DNA of 40,000 bases from an uncultured Oscillospiraceae bacterium (GCA_964404625.1 CAYOKR010000006.1:1-40000), one strand, 5' to 3'; counted from the first letter of the stretch, positions 9,396-18,465 are shown. The notes: generated by a model not told the origin, from the sequence alone. Numbers and translations: made by a program.

Positions 9396-10646
9396 TTATA
9401 ATGCCATGGTTGCCATAAGGGTACCGATAAGGTTAAGTTCTTCACCTTGAACGATATCGAAAGCAATTCCGTTGGGTGTAAGAATTTCGTCAAGATACTT
9501 TTTGAAATTATCTTTGAAGGTGGGCAATTTGTTGAAGGTTGTGCCTTCCGCAACTATCGCAACGGGAAGAGTTTTGTCGTTACAAGACATAAGCACTGCG
9601 CTTGCGTTAAGAATTGCGCCCATTTTTGCCGAACGGTCGATAAGATTTAGACAAATTTCACGAGCGGTTGCACGGTCGGTATCACAATGGAAAATATTGT
9701 ACACTTCGTTGGTTACTCCTTCCAAAAATGCCGATACGTCCTTTAATTCGAAAGCGCAAAGGTCAATTTTGTCACTGAAAACACCTTCGTTTGCACCGCA
9801 TTGGAATGCTTGGGAAATGATATCTGCCAAATATCTACCGGAAGACATTTTTTCAAACAGTTGCACCGTTGGATTAGCGGTGGCATCGGCAACAATTTTA
9901 TCGAAATCACCTTGGGTAAAGCAGGTTGTACCGCCCATTTCCGTATTGATAAGCATTTTGCCTGCGGGCAAACCTTGAACTTTGGTAATATTTTTGGTAT
10001 CTTCGATATAGCAAAGGTTTGTGCCTGTGCCGAAAATATAGCCGACGTACGCCGAATAACGTTTTTGAGAAATTGCCATACCACCCAAAAGGGTTGCAAC
10101 GGTGTCGTTAAGAATTACAATTTTGCGCTCGGTATTGCTAAATTGTTTGATTGCCGAAAGAGTTTCCGCACCGACAAAGGTACCGATAACTTCCGGAGCC
10201 TTTACTTCCTTGCTAAAAAGCACCACTTTGCCATCCATATTAGGTTGCATATCTACCTGATAGGAGAAACAAAATCCAACGTCCGTGCAATCGTCCAAAA
10301 GATTTTTTACGTTGTTGGCGATGGCATCATAAAATTGTTGCTTATTTAGATACTGGTCAGATGCGGGCATTTTTGTTTTTTGCAAACGTTCGATTTGTAC
10401 GTCACCGTTTTCGTCAAAATAACCGATTGCAGAGCGAAAGTTTGTGCCACCGGCATCAATAAGCAAACGCTTGCCTGACTTGATTTTATCGCGGTCGATG
10501 TTTTGCAGATATGTAGGAATCATTGGAATTGTGCCGTCAAAACGAGTTAGACCTTGCTTCATTTCGTCCATTGCCAGCGACACCATTTTTGTTACGTCGA
10601 TATTGTTGGTTGATTGATTGTGTTTTTGTAAAAATTTTTCTACCAT
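9396..10646 (-). CDS. Hexokinase-family sugar kinase
   Basis: LIDAGGTNFRSA resembles the hexokinase LDLGGTNFRV motif. VGFCFSYQ resembles the GFTFSFP signature. ILNDTVATLLGG resembles the NDTVGTL motif. Confidence 0.75.
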   Translation of the reverse strand: MVEKFLQKHNQSTNNIDVTKMVSLAMDEMKQGLTRFDGTIPMIPTYLQNIDRDKIKSGKRLLIDAGGTNFRSAIGYFDENGDVQIERLQKTKMPASDQYLNKQQFYDAIANNVKNLLDDCTDVGFCFSYQVDMQPNMDGKVVLFSKEVKAPEVIGTFVGAETLSAIKQFSNTERKIVILNDTVATLLGGMAISQKRYSAYVGYIFGTGTNLCYIEDTKNITKVQGLPAGKMLINTEMGGTTCFTQGDFDKIVADATANPTVQLFEKMSSGRYLADIISQAFQCGANEGVFSDKIDLCAFELKDVSAFLEGVTNEVYNIFHCDTDRATAREICLNLIDRSAKMGAILNASAVLMSCNDKTLPVAIVAEGTTFNKLPTFKDNFKKYLDEILTPNGIAFDIVQGEELNLIGTLMATMAL

Positions 10647-10673
10647 GGTTGGATTTTCCTTTATATTTATTTG

Positions 10674-11633
10674 TTATTGTTTTAGAAAGTTAATTTGGTC
10701 GTTTAGAATTTGGTCGATTGTAACAACGGTAACAAGTCCTTGGGATGTAAGTTCGTCTACACGTTTTTCGCGCATAACGTCCTGATCGATGATGTCATTG
10801 CCCTTTACGTAAACGTTACATTTTACCAATTTAGAAGAATATCTGCCACCGCTTTGCACGATTTTTTGCACCACTTGATACAACTGCTCCGATTGACTAA
10901 GTTCCAACGAACGTGCCAAACAAAAAACCTTGTCCTTGTAGATGTTGGAAGTGCGTTTTACAGTTTTGGCGTATTCCTTGATTTTTTCCACGGCAACCTG
11001 CGTAAGATGTTTTTTAGATAGTTGACCATCCAAACTAACAGGGCGAGTTAACTCGAAATTAACGTTGGAACCAATGCGAATATGGTATTTTTGAAGTAGT
11101 TGTTGCACCGACAGACCGCTATCTTGCACCAAATATTTTAGCGTTAGCATTGACATTAGCGCGTCTTCTTCGGAATTGTGCTCTTCGAAAGTTACGCCTA
11201 TCGCATTGGCAATTTTGGAAAGTGCCTTTACTTCCTTATCACCTTTGTACAATTTGTACAACAGTTGCGAACAGATAAAGTTAAAATCCAACGACGGCAA
11301 ATCGTAACGCTTGCAAGCGGCATTGAGCATACGAACGTCGGCATCGACGGCGTGACCTACCGCAACGTAGTTTGGATTGGTTAGTAGTGACTTGATTTTG
11401 TCGTACACTTGAGAAAAATCCGGGGAAGAATCCAACAGATTTTTGTCTAAATGAAGGTCAATACCCACGTTTTTGCGCGTTCCGTTTAGGTTGTACTTCG
11501 TTTTGGGATTAATCCAAATGTTTTGTCGGCTGATAATATTGAATTTTTCGTCGGCGATTACAATGCCAATGCTACAAATACTGGATGGCTTGTAGCCGTT
11601 TGCCGCCTCAATATCAAATGCTAAATAGTTCAT
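10674..11633 (-). CDS. DEDD-family 3'-5' exonuclease with C-terminal BRCT-like domain
   Basis: Exo I is AFDIEAA, Exo II is VGHAVDADVRML, Exo III is HNSEEDALM. The C-terminal ~90 aa (KVFCLARSLE...GGRYSSKL...VYVKG...) has a BRCT-like pattern, which is an inference. Confidence 0.7.
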   Translation of the reverse strand: MNYLAFDIEAANGYKPSSICSIGIVIADEKFNIISRQNIWINPKTKYNLNGTRKNVGIDLHLDKNLLDSSPDFSQVYDKIKSLLTNPNYVAVGHAVDADVRMLNAACKRYDLPSLDFNFICSQLLYKLYKGDKEVKALSKIANAIGVTFEEHNSEEDALMSMLTLKYLVQDSGLSVQQLLQKYHIRIGSNVNFELTRPVSLDGQLSKKHLTQVAVEKIKEYAKTVKRTSNIYKDKVFCLARSLELSQSEQLYQVVQKIVQSGGRYSSKLVKCNVYVKGNDIIDQDVMREKRVDELTSQGLVTVVTIDQILNDQINFLKQ

Positions 11634-12346
11634 AGTTGTTACCTTATTATTCCACGTTATATTTTACCAAATTTGGCGATATATTGCAATAGTTTTGGGG
11701 TAAATGAAAGGGGGAATATTTGGTAAAAGCAGTTGCAAAAAAGTAATGAACCAAGCAAGTTAGTAAAGAAACCAACAAAGGAAATGATACGCTACACAAC
11801 CTAACGCTATCAATAATTTGGTGCAAAAAGGGAATATTTAGTAACAATATAAAGGTGATAGTAAACGTAATATATTAAGTATTGTTGACGTGATAGACAA
11901 AACGGGTTTAAAAAGAAATTGTTGTGATAGTGAAAATAATTGCAAGATAATTTTAAATGTGCAGAAATCGTTGTAAATCTTGGTGGCAAAACAATAAAAA
12001 TTATGTTGATATTGATGGATATCTTGGTGGAAAGTTTATGAAAATATTTGTAAGTATTGTTGAAAATTTTGACGGTAATCATCAAAAAATTGCAGTATAA
12101 AAAATCCCGTTTTACATAAAAAACGTGATACGTATTAGAGTTTTTGGAACAATCTCTACAAATAGATCTGCAACTTATTAGCAGGAATACACAAAATATT
12201 ATTGCATATTTTTAGTTGCGGTCAACAATGAGTAGAAGACAGAAAAAGTATCGCACCGATAGTACTGCAAGTACAAATGTATATTGATTTTGTCTTTCAG
12301 TTCTTTTTTGTTCAGTTCTTTTTTTGTTTTTGTGGCAGTAAAAACG

Positions 12347-12808
12347 TTATCCGGTTTTGTGTTTGTCGCAGTAAAACATGTTGCGTCCTTTGGCAAGCAA
12401 GTGGCAAGTTTTGGCGCGCACCACAATTTTACGTTTACTTTTGCGAATTTTAAATTTTATTGCAACAATCAGTTGCCAAGTGCCTACGGCAATCAAAAAC
12501 AATGCAAAAACAATGCGTAGCAATTTGTTTTGGGTATCACCTGCTACAAGCGCCCCAACTAATGAAAAAATTACGGCAGGTATCACGACGTACAAAATAT
12601 TTTTGGGTTTAAGTAGTCCTTTCTTACTGTGAACGCACAATGCAACAAAGCACATTGGCAAAAAACTGATTAGATTGATGGCTTGGATTGTTTTTTGAGG
12701 CAAGTCCAAAAAGGACAGCAATGGTACCAAAACCGTTCCGCCACCCATCCCCATACCGCCGATAATCCCGGCAAGAAATCCAAATACGATTAGCACAAAA
12801 ATATTCAT
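12347..12808 (-). CDS. Half-size TSUP (TauE/SafE) family membrane transporter subunit
   Basis: MNIFVLIVFGFLAGIIGGMGMGGGTVLVPLL plus four predicted TM segments. The ATG at 12808 has an AAAGGA SD. The C-terminal tail runs into short tandem repeats, so the true stop-proximal part is uncertain. Confidence 0.7.
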   Translation of the reverse strand: MNIFVLIVFGFLAGIIGGMGMGGGTVLVPLLSFLDLPQKTIQAINLISFLPMCFVALCVHSKKGLLKPKNILYVVIPAVIFSLVGALVAGDTQNKLLRIVFALFLIAVGTWQLIVAIKFKIRKSKRKIVVRAKTCHLLAKGRNMFYCDKHKTG

Positions 12809-12850
12809 AAAAATTCCTTTGAGCTGTTTTGTTTGAAAGATTTTTTGTTT

Positions 12851-12897
12851 TTCACAAGGTGTAGACGATTGATAATCGCCCCTACGGTAGTTAAAAC
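12851..12897. repeat. Copy of the TTCACAAGGT / AATCGCCCCTACGGTAGTT repeat unit between the two TSUP half-genes
   Basis: Exact 10-mer and 16-mer matches to 5584-5593 and 5513-5528. Contains an imperfect hairpin TACGGTAGTT/AACTACGTA. Confidence 0.65.
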
Positions 12898-12980
12898 TAC
12901 GTATTTTCAATATCTCGTCTGCGGCAAACAGACACCACAAATCACAAAGCATATTTACACCAAAATCGCTAATATATCAA

Positions 12981-13346
12981 CTAAAACAACATCTTGATAC
13001 CGCCTGCGATAAGCACCACGGCGAAGATGATCTTAACAACGTCGCTTTTTAGCTTGGAAAGTAACAGTGCGCCGACAATACCGCCTGCGACAACACCTAT
13101 CGTCGTCCACAAGGTTGGTTGCCACTGCACCACTCCTTTGGCAAGGTACACCAACGCCGAAACCACTGTTAGCGGCAAAATCATCAACAATGCCGTTGCT
13201 TGAGCATTCTTTTGCGGCAAGGCAAGCACCGTTAGTAACAACGTTACAACCAAAACTCCGCCACCGCCACCTAAAAATCCGTTGATAAATCCCGATAATG
13301 CACCAAGCGTTACTAAAATCCATTTACTTTTTGTTGTAAGTTGCAT
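12981..13346 (-). CDS. Half-size TSUP (TauE/SafE) family membrane transporter subunit
   Basis: MQLTTKSKWILVTLGALSGFINGFLGGGGGVLVV plus four TM segments. The ATG at 13346 has a GGAGAG SD. Homologous to the downstream half-gene. Confidence 0.75.
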   Translation of the reverse strand: MQLTTKSKWILVTLGALSGFINGFLGGGGGVLVVTLLLTVLALPQKNAQATALLMILPLTVVSALVYLAKGVVQWQPTLWTTIGVVAGGIVGALLLSKLKSDVVKIIFAVVLIAGGIKMLF

Positions 13347-13691
13347 AAATCTCTCCAAAAAATTCCCACGTGGATTGTATAATAATCCTACAGCACACAA
13401 CTTTTACTGCGATACAATAAACACATTTAGTGTTGAGCATTATTACGAACATTAGTACGACTACACGCTTCTTGCGACAGTATCGACGACAAACGCTATC
13501 GAGTGATAACGTTCTGCCGTCAAGTACAGTTTGCATTGTATTGTGCGTTCACGTTAGCAATGACAAAATTAACTCTTTTGCACATTATTTTTTTGCCCTA
13601 CGTTGCATAAATTCCCCCTTAACAATTATTCACTTGCGGACTGTGTAATCGCTTCATCGTTGATAGCAATCACGTTTTGACATAAGAACAA

Positions 13692-13724
13692 CTAAATCCA
13701 CTTGTTTTTTGTTGTAAGTTGCAT
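13692..13724 (-). pseudogene. Orphan 5' fragment (MQLTTKNKWI-stop) duplicating the start of the TSUP half-gene
   Basis: 13692-13750 aligns with 13318-13375 (AATCCA.TT..CTTTTTGTTGTAAGTTGCAT plus upstream AAAAAATT). A third, weaker copy of GTTGCATAAAT is near 13596. Confidence 0.45.
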
Positions 13725-13922
13725 TGTTTTATCCCTAAAAAATTGTCGCATATCGACCGCATAACAATCCCACTTCACTAAACAGCTGCAATTTGGCATA
13801 AAAAATTGGTTATAAATAATAATATATAGGTCAATTTGATTGATTTTTTTTTTAGTTTGTACTAAAATATTGATATGTATGCGCCCGAACGCAAACAATA
13901 TTAGTAAAAAAGGTATTAGGTT

Positions 13923-16493
13923 ATGAGTAAAAACACAAAAACAGTAAAACAGCCCCTATCTACCGGAGCAAAGAAAGCGATTTGGATTACTGCCATTTGC
14001 CTTGTTGCCGTTATTGCCTTGACTGTATCTTTGGGATACATCTTAAACAATAGCACAATCAATCCCGATAATGACGAAAGCAACAGCAGCGGCTCTTCCA
14101 CGCTCAAAATTCCAAACGGAGACTTCTTGTATACAAAGTCGGAAAGCACACAAGCACCTTACGAAGCTCAAAACTGGGCTAAAAAAACATATAACAGCGC
14201 AACATCGTTTGGCACAATCGAAGACGAACAAAAGGTTGTTATGGGTGTTGTTAACACAACCGCTTCCGCTTGGAACGACATTATTTCCGCCATTAACGAA
14301 AAAGTCGGCTATACAATTAAAAACCCCAACACACACAAAGAAACCGGTGTTATTGATAAGGAAGCCGTAAGCGACGACGATATCGATATTGCAAACGTAT
14401 ACATGATTGCCACCAAAGGGGAAGCAACAAATGCAAGCATTTTGTCCGATTCCTTTAGTATTGCTTCGTCATCGTCGGTAAGAATTACCATTTGGCTTAA
14501 AATCGACCAAATCACAGCAGGTAATGCTTCCGTGATGGTTCAATATTCTAACACACCTGCCGAAGACAACAGATACGCTTACGACCTTGAAGTTAAAGAG
14601 ACTGTTACTGAAAACGGCAATGGTTGGCAAAAACACGAATTGTACGTATTTAACCGTTCGTCCGCTTCCAAATCGGTAAGAGTTAACGTCGGTCTTGGTG
14701 ACGTTTACAACGGCACTACTGCAGAGGGCGTTTTGTTTATTGACGATATTACATACGAAACAGTTACTGCAAACGAATACCGCTTGAACTACTCGGCAAG
14801 CACAAGCACAGATGCTAAAAAACGCACAAGCCACATTATTAAGTCTACTGACGAAGATGAAGGGGAAGTTAACTTTACAGATTGGAATGGTACTGCCGAT
14901 ATCGGCGGTGTTGATGAGTACCTTACGAACGGTGCACCGGACATTAACGGAACGAAGTATTCTCCGTTTGTAAAAGGTACAGAAGAAGAACCTATCGACA
15001 ACTTTAAGATTTACAAAGCAGATTCGTCAAATTCATTTACACAAACCCTTGCGTTGAAAAACAGTAAGGACGATGCGGACGACTACTTGCACATCTACTT
15101 CTGGATGAGAGTGGACGAAGGCAACGAGATGCCGCAAGCAAGCATTGTAGACATTATCGTTCGAGACAATAGCGAAACGGACGAAACGAAGAATCTTGCC
15201 AAACTAACAAACATTGGCGACGTTGACGACGTTACGACAGACGTTAACTGCGGTTGGAAACAATACCACATCTATGTTAAGCCCGACCAAGATATTATCG
15301 ACGGAGCAAAGGTATCCGTTTCTATCAAATGGTCGAATACAGGTATTGCAGCAAATCAACGCAACGGTAATATTTACGTAAGCGATTTGATGTACGAGTT
15401 TATTGCGGACACAACCTACACAAGCGTATCTACATCTACAACAACCGTGACAGCAGACTTCAACAAGACACACGCATCTACCGGTGTTACAAACGGAACG
15501 TTTGGTTACCTTGAAGACGTAGACAAGACTCAACCGGAAAGCTGGACTCCTGTTTATGCAGGCTCTAACTACATCTACAACGATGGTAAGGGTAACACGA
15601 CAGAAGCTCCTGCAAATGGCGACTACACAAATAGAGTTGTAAAAGGTGATTCCACTACCGTTTCAAAGTGGGACGATGAATACGGCTACTACCTTGAATT
15701 AAACAACAGCAATGCTGTATCACAAGGTTATTTATCTCAAAGTATTTCTCTTTCTGCTAAATCTGTTTACAGAATTTCCGTTCTTGCAAGAACAGAAGGC
15801 GAAGCTAAACCATTTATCTACCTTATCAACCAAGCGGCTGCACAAGATACCGATGGCTCTCGCGAAAAGGCAATCATTGGCAAATTTGAAAGTGCTGCTA
15901 CAAACAGCAAGGCGGACGAATTGTTGATGCAACCTGTACAAATAAACGGTTGGGTAAGATACTACTTTATTGTTGAAACTGCAGACAAATCCGTATCGGT
16001 AAACGTTGCATTGTTTAACGGTTCTATCGACGGAACAACAACACAAACAGGCACCGTATGTTACGACCAAGTTTGCGTTGAACAACTTGGTAGCTACACC
16101 GTTGCAGAAGATACAGACAACGAAGACGCTAAACTTTACAAAGTTACCTACACGGAAAAATCCGACAGCGGTTACGCAGATTTATTTGACACCTACTTTG
16201 CAGACGTTGACGGCAACACCGAAACAATGAACACCATTGAGTTTAAGGATGGCGAAACAGCTATTGAAAACATTAAAGTTATTCGTTTGGCTGATGACGA
16301 CAAGTGGGAAGAAATGCGTCAAATCCCCGAAGAAGAGGAAGAAGACGACACAACTGACGATGACGACACCACTACTACAACGGAAAACGACGTTGACGTT
16401 GCATTGTTGCTATCGGTAATTTCCAGTATCCTTTTGGTTGCATGCCTATTGGTAGTTATTGTTATCAAAGCATTCAAGAAAAAGAGAGCGTAG
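13923..16493 (+). CDS. Large acidic cell-surface protein with N-terminal signal-anchor, three CBM4/9-like beta-sandwich repeats and a C-terminal TM anchor
   Basis: The N-terminal hydrophobic segment is AIWITAICLVAVIALTVSLGYIL. Three modules start with NG(D/T)F-type motifs and end in GVLFIDDITYE, IYVSDLMYEF and VCYDQVCVEQL. An acidic D/E/T tract precedes the C-terminal TM segment and KKKRA tail. A terminator follows. Confidence 0.7.
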   Translation: MSKNTKTVKQPLSTGAKKAIWITAICLVAVIALTVSLGYILNNSTINPDNDESNSSGSSTLKIPNGDFLYTKSESTQAPYEAQNWAKKTYNSATSFGTIEDEQKVVMGVVNTTASAWNDIISAINEKVGYTIKNPNTHKETGVIDKEAVSDDDIDIANVYMIATKGEATNASILSDSFSIASSSSVRITIWLKIDQITAGNASVMVQYSNTPAEDNRYAYDLEVKETVTENGNGWQKHELYVFNRSSASKSVRVNVGLGDVYNGTTAEGVLFIDDITYETVTANEYRLNYSASTSTDAKKRTSHIIKSTDEDEGEVNFTDWNGTADIGGVDEYLTNGAPDINGTKYSPFVKGTEEEPIDNFKIYKADSSNSFTQTLALKNSKDDADDYLHIYFWMRVDEGNEMPQASIVDIIVRDNSETDETKNLAKLTNIGDVDDVTTDVNCGWKQYHIYVKPDQDIIDGAKVSVSIKWSNTGIAANQRNGNIYVSDLMYEFIADTTYTSVSTSTTTVTADFNKTHASTGVTNGTFGYLEDVDKTQPESWTPVYAGSNYIYNDGKGNTTEAPANGDYTNRVVKGDSTTVSKWDDEYGYYLELNNSNAVSQGYLSQSISLSAKSVYRISVLARTEGEAKPFIYLINQAAAQDTDGSREKAIIGKFESAATNSKADELLMQPVQINGWVRYYFIVETADKSVSVNVALFNGSIDGTTTQTGTVCYDQVCVEQLGSYTVAEDTDNEDAKLYKVTYTEKSDSGYADLFDTYFADVDGNTETMNTIEFKDGETAIENIKVIRLADDDKWEEMRQIPEEEEEDDTTDDDDTTTTTENDVDVALLLSVISSILLVACLLVVIVIKAFKKKRA

Positions 16494-16525
16494 GTTTTAG
16501 AAATAACTTAACCGAATACTTGAAT

Positions 16526-16557
16526 AAAAACCCTCGAGAAAATCTCGAGGGTTTTTG
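16526..16557 (+). terminator. Rho-independent terminator
   Basis: CCCTCGAGA-AAA-TCTCGAGGG perfect 9-bp stem followed by TTTTT. Confidence 0.85.
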
Positions 16558-16955
16558 CATGTGTGATGAATTATACTGTTAAATGCAACAGGTAGGACAG
16601 CGTTAATTGCAATTATGATAAATACGTAATGACAACAATTTGTGTTACACTTGGTTGACAATTAACGCGTATTTTATTGTATTTTTAATTATGTTTTCTA
16701 AATGGGCTATAAATAATAATTTGCGCAAAGTGCAATTTACAGATTGAGAATATAATTAAATCTATGGCGTTACGCAATGTTTTGTGTACTTAAAATAAAC
16801 TTTGCATTTAGACATTATATCGAGCAAAAATAAATTGCTAAACGTAACCCCAAAACGTAACGACAATGTAGTAGAAAGTGTTAGACAATCAACGCTATCA
16901 TTAAACTTTCGGTTTTAATTTCTAATTTTCATCATTTGCATTTGGCGGTTTAAAA

Positions 16956-17423
16956 TTACTGCATACGGCTGATTGATTTTAGCAGTCGCGGGCGATTGTA
17001 TCGTTGTATCAAAACAAATTGCAAATGCCAAAGTGTATTTAGTATTGCCATGATAACTCCGCCAATCTTTTTCCAAATTTTTAGACAATAAAATCCTGCA
17101 ATAATACACAAACAATGACTAAACTCGGAAACGCAGGATTCTTTGGCCAAAATTTGCAATTTTTCCTTTGAAGTGGCATCGTTAAGGCGTTTGACGGGCA
17201 TAAAACCCGGAATAAATTTATTTATAATAACGCTCATATCGGGGACTTTTGTTTTCCACTTGTGAATATTGATTTTACGATAGATTTGTCCGTCCTTTTC
17301 CCACTTGAAAGATTTGAATGGAAATTTGTTCTCGCGGAACCATTTACGCGGATACAGTCTACCCAAAAGTGAAGCAACAGTGCCGATAGAAAGTATGTAT
17401 ACAATACAATATAGTAGTTTCAT
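16956..17423 (-). CDS. CrtO-family (glycosyl-4,4'-diaponeurosporenoate acyltransferase-like) membrane protein
   Basis: KWKTKVPD and the C-terminal LIQRYNRPRLL match the QRYNRPRL motif as recalled for staphylococcal CrtO. 155 aa with hydrophobic segments. Confidence 0.55.
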   Translation of the reverse strand: MKLLYCIVYILSIGTVASLLGRLYPRKWFRENKFPFKSFKWEKDGQIYRKINIHKWKTKVPDMSVIINKFIPGFMPVKRLNDATSKEKLQILAKESCVSEFSHCLCIIAGFYCLKIWKKIGGVIMAILNTLWHLQFVLIQRYNRPRLLKSISRMQ

Positions 17424-17596
17424 AGTGTTTATCCGTTAGATAATTTTTAATTTAGTGCCAAATTTTGATTAGTTAGAAATTTCACAAAAAAAATATAAAC
17501 AATCATTTTGTAGCAAAAAATAACGTCGATTTTAATTCGAAATCCTGCTAATGTCGATATTGTAGCACCATTAGAGTGTTAAAATTGTAGAGTATG

Positions 17597-17657
17597 ATTA
17601 TAAACTCGAAGTAAATCTTTTGCCATTCGACAAAAGATTTGCAAAACTATCGTTTTG
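17597..17657. repeat. 61-nt direct repeat, copy 1, containing a 9-bp hairpin AAATCTTTT/AAAAGATTT
   Basis: ATTATAAACTCGAAGTAAATCTTTTGCCATTCGACAAAAGATTTGCAAAACTATCGTTTTG is near-identical to 17740-17799 apart from a CG/A difference, which includes a 1-nt indel. Confidence 0.85.
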
Positions 17658-17739
17658 CCACAAAAACTATGGTTTTGTGCTTCGAGTATGTAAAACGGCG
17701 AACTTTTTGCTCCTTGCGAGCAAAGCAAAAACTTCTTGT

Positions 17740-17799
17740 ATTATAAACTAAAGTAAATCTTTTGCCATTCGACAAAAGATTTGCAAAACTATCGTTTTG
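17740..17799. repeat. 60-nt direct repeat, copy 2
   Basis: See copy 1. The two copies are separated by about 82 nt that contain a further hairpin TTGCTCCTTGCGAGCAA. Confidence 0.85.
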
Positions 17800-18010
17800 T
17801 ACATATTAAATAATACAAACAATAATGTTTTCGTATCCACAAAACAGATTCTCGTTCTTTTTCTGGGGCGGACGTTCTAAATTAAGCACCGGTTGTGTAA
17901 ATTTGCAAACAAGGTTACGCTTGCACGCTTTGTTGCTTACGTAACCTTGCTTTATTTTAGTTGTTTTACAATTTACTTCGGTTACAATTTGCACCACCGT
18001 TTGATTGTGA

Positions 18011-18355
18011 TTACTTGTTCAACAAACTATCGGAAAGTTCGATGACTTGTTGAGAGTACTTTTTGATACGCTTTTTGAGAATTGCTTTGTAAAGTGGATA
18101 GTTAACAGCCATTAGAGCCATACCGGCAACACCGATAACGATGCCAAGTGGCATTGACGAACCTATAGTACCCATTGCCAAGCACATACCTGTGCCAAGC
18201 ACCAACGAAGATACGGAACCGAAAATATAAGCAAAAATTTTGGCGGGGTTCTTTACCTTTTTGTCCAGTTGTTTTAGTTGTTCGAACTTGGTGGGTTCTT
18301 CTTGGGGAATGTAACTTGCACGGATTTTTTCTATTTGAGTTGTTTGGTTTTTCAT
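18011..18355 (-). CDS. Small two-TM membrane protein, paralog of 22389..22790
   Basis: 114 aa. The architecture is shared with the 133-aa paralog: N-terminal helix, ..L(K/R)(Q/R)LD K.VK..A.I.AY.. , two TM segments, then a C-terminal Y..K..L.K..K.Y......LSD..LN. It has its own TATAAT (18390-18395 on the minus strand) and a GGAGAA SD. Confidence 0.75.
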   Translation of the reverse strand: MKNQTTQIEKIRASYIPQEEPTKFEQLKQLDKKVKNPAKIFAYIFGSVSSLVLGTGMCLAMGTIGSSMPLGIVIGVAGMALMAVNYPLYKAILKKRIKKYSQQVIELSDSLLNK

Positions 18356-18443
18356 AATTAAGGTTCTCCTTGATTGATTTTGTGCCTATATTATACGACA
18401 ACGTTGTTTTATTTTTGCAAAAGATGTGTAAGCAGTTTGATAA

Positions 18444-18465
18444 CGTTTTGTAAAGGTTTTGTAAA
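18444..18465 (-). promoter_or_regulatory. Two tandem 11-bp direct repeats (GTTTTGTAAA) upstream of the 114-aa gene; candidate response-regulator site
   Basis: CGTTTTGTAAA followed by GGTTTTGTAAA, with exact 11-bp phasing, about 50-70 nt upstream of the TATAAT box. Confidence 0.4.

Noticed and set aside
11647-12426. Several 66 to 91-aa ORFs (11647..11847, 11810..12085, 12199..12426, 12284..12520) in the AT-rich gap
   Set aside because: They overlap one another in different frames, lack SDs, and have Ile/Asn/Tyr/Phe/Lys-rich compositions typical of random frames in AT-rich DNA. The region also contains short tandem repeats (CAGTTCTTTTTTG twice).
13692-13898. 68-aa minus-strand ORF
   Set aside because: Only its last 10 codons resemble anything, namely the TSUP gene start. 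The rest is AT-rich intergenic sequence with no SD. It is interpreted as a gene-fragment remnant.
17597-17799. Possible CRISPR array
   Set aside because: There are only two repeat copies, the repeats are 60 nt long with AT-rich hairpins, there is no series of spacers and no cas genes are in the window.
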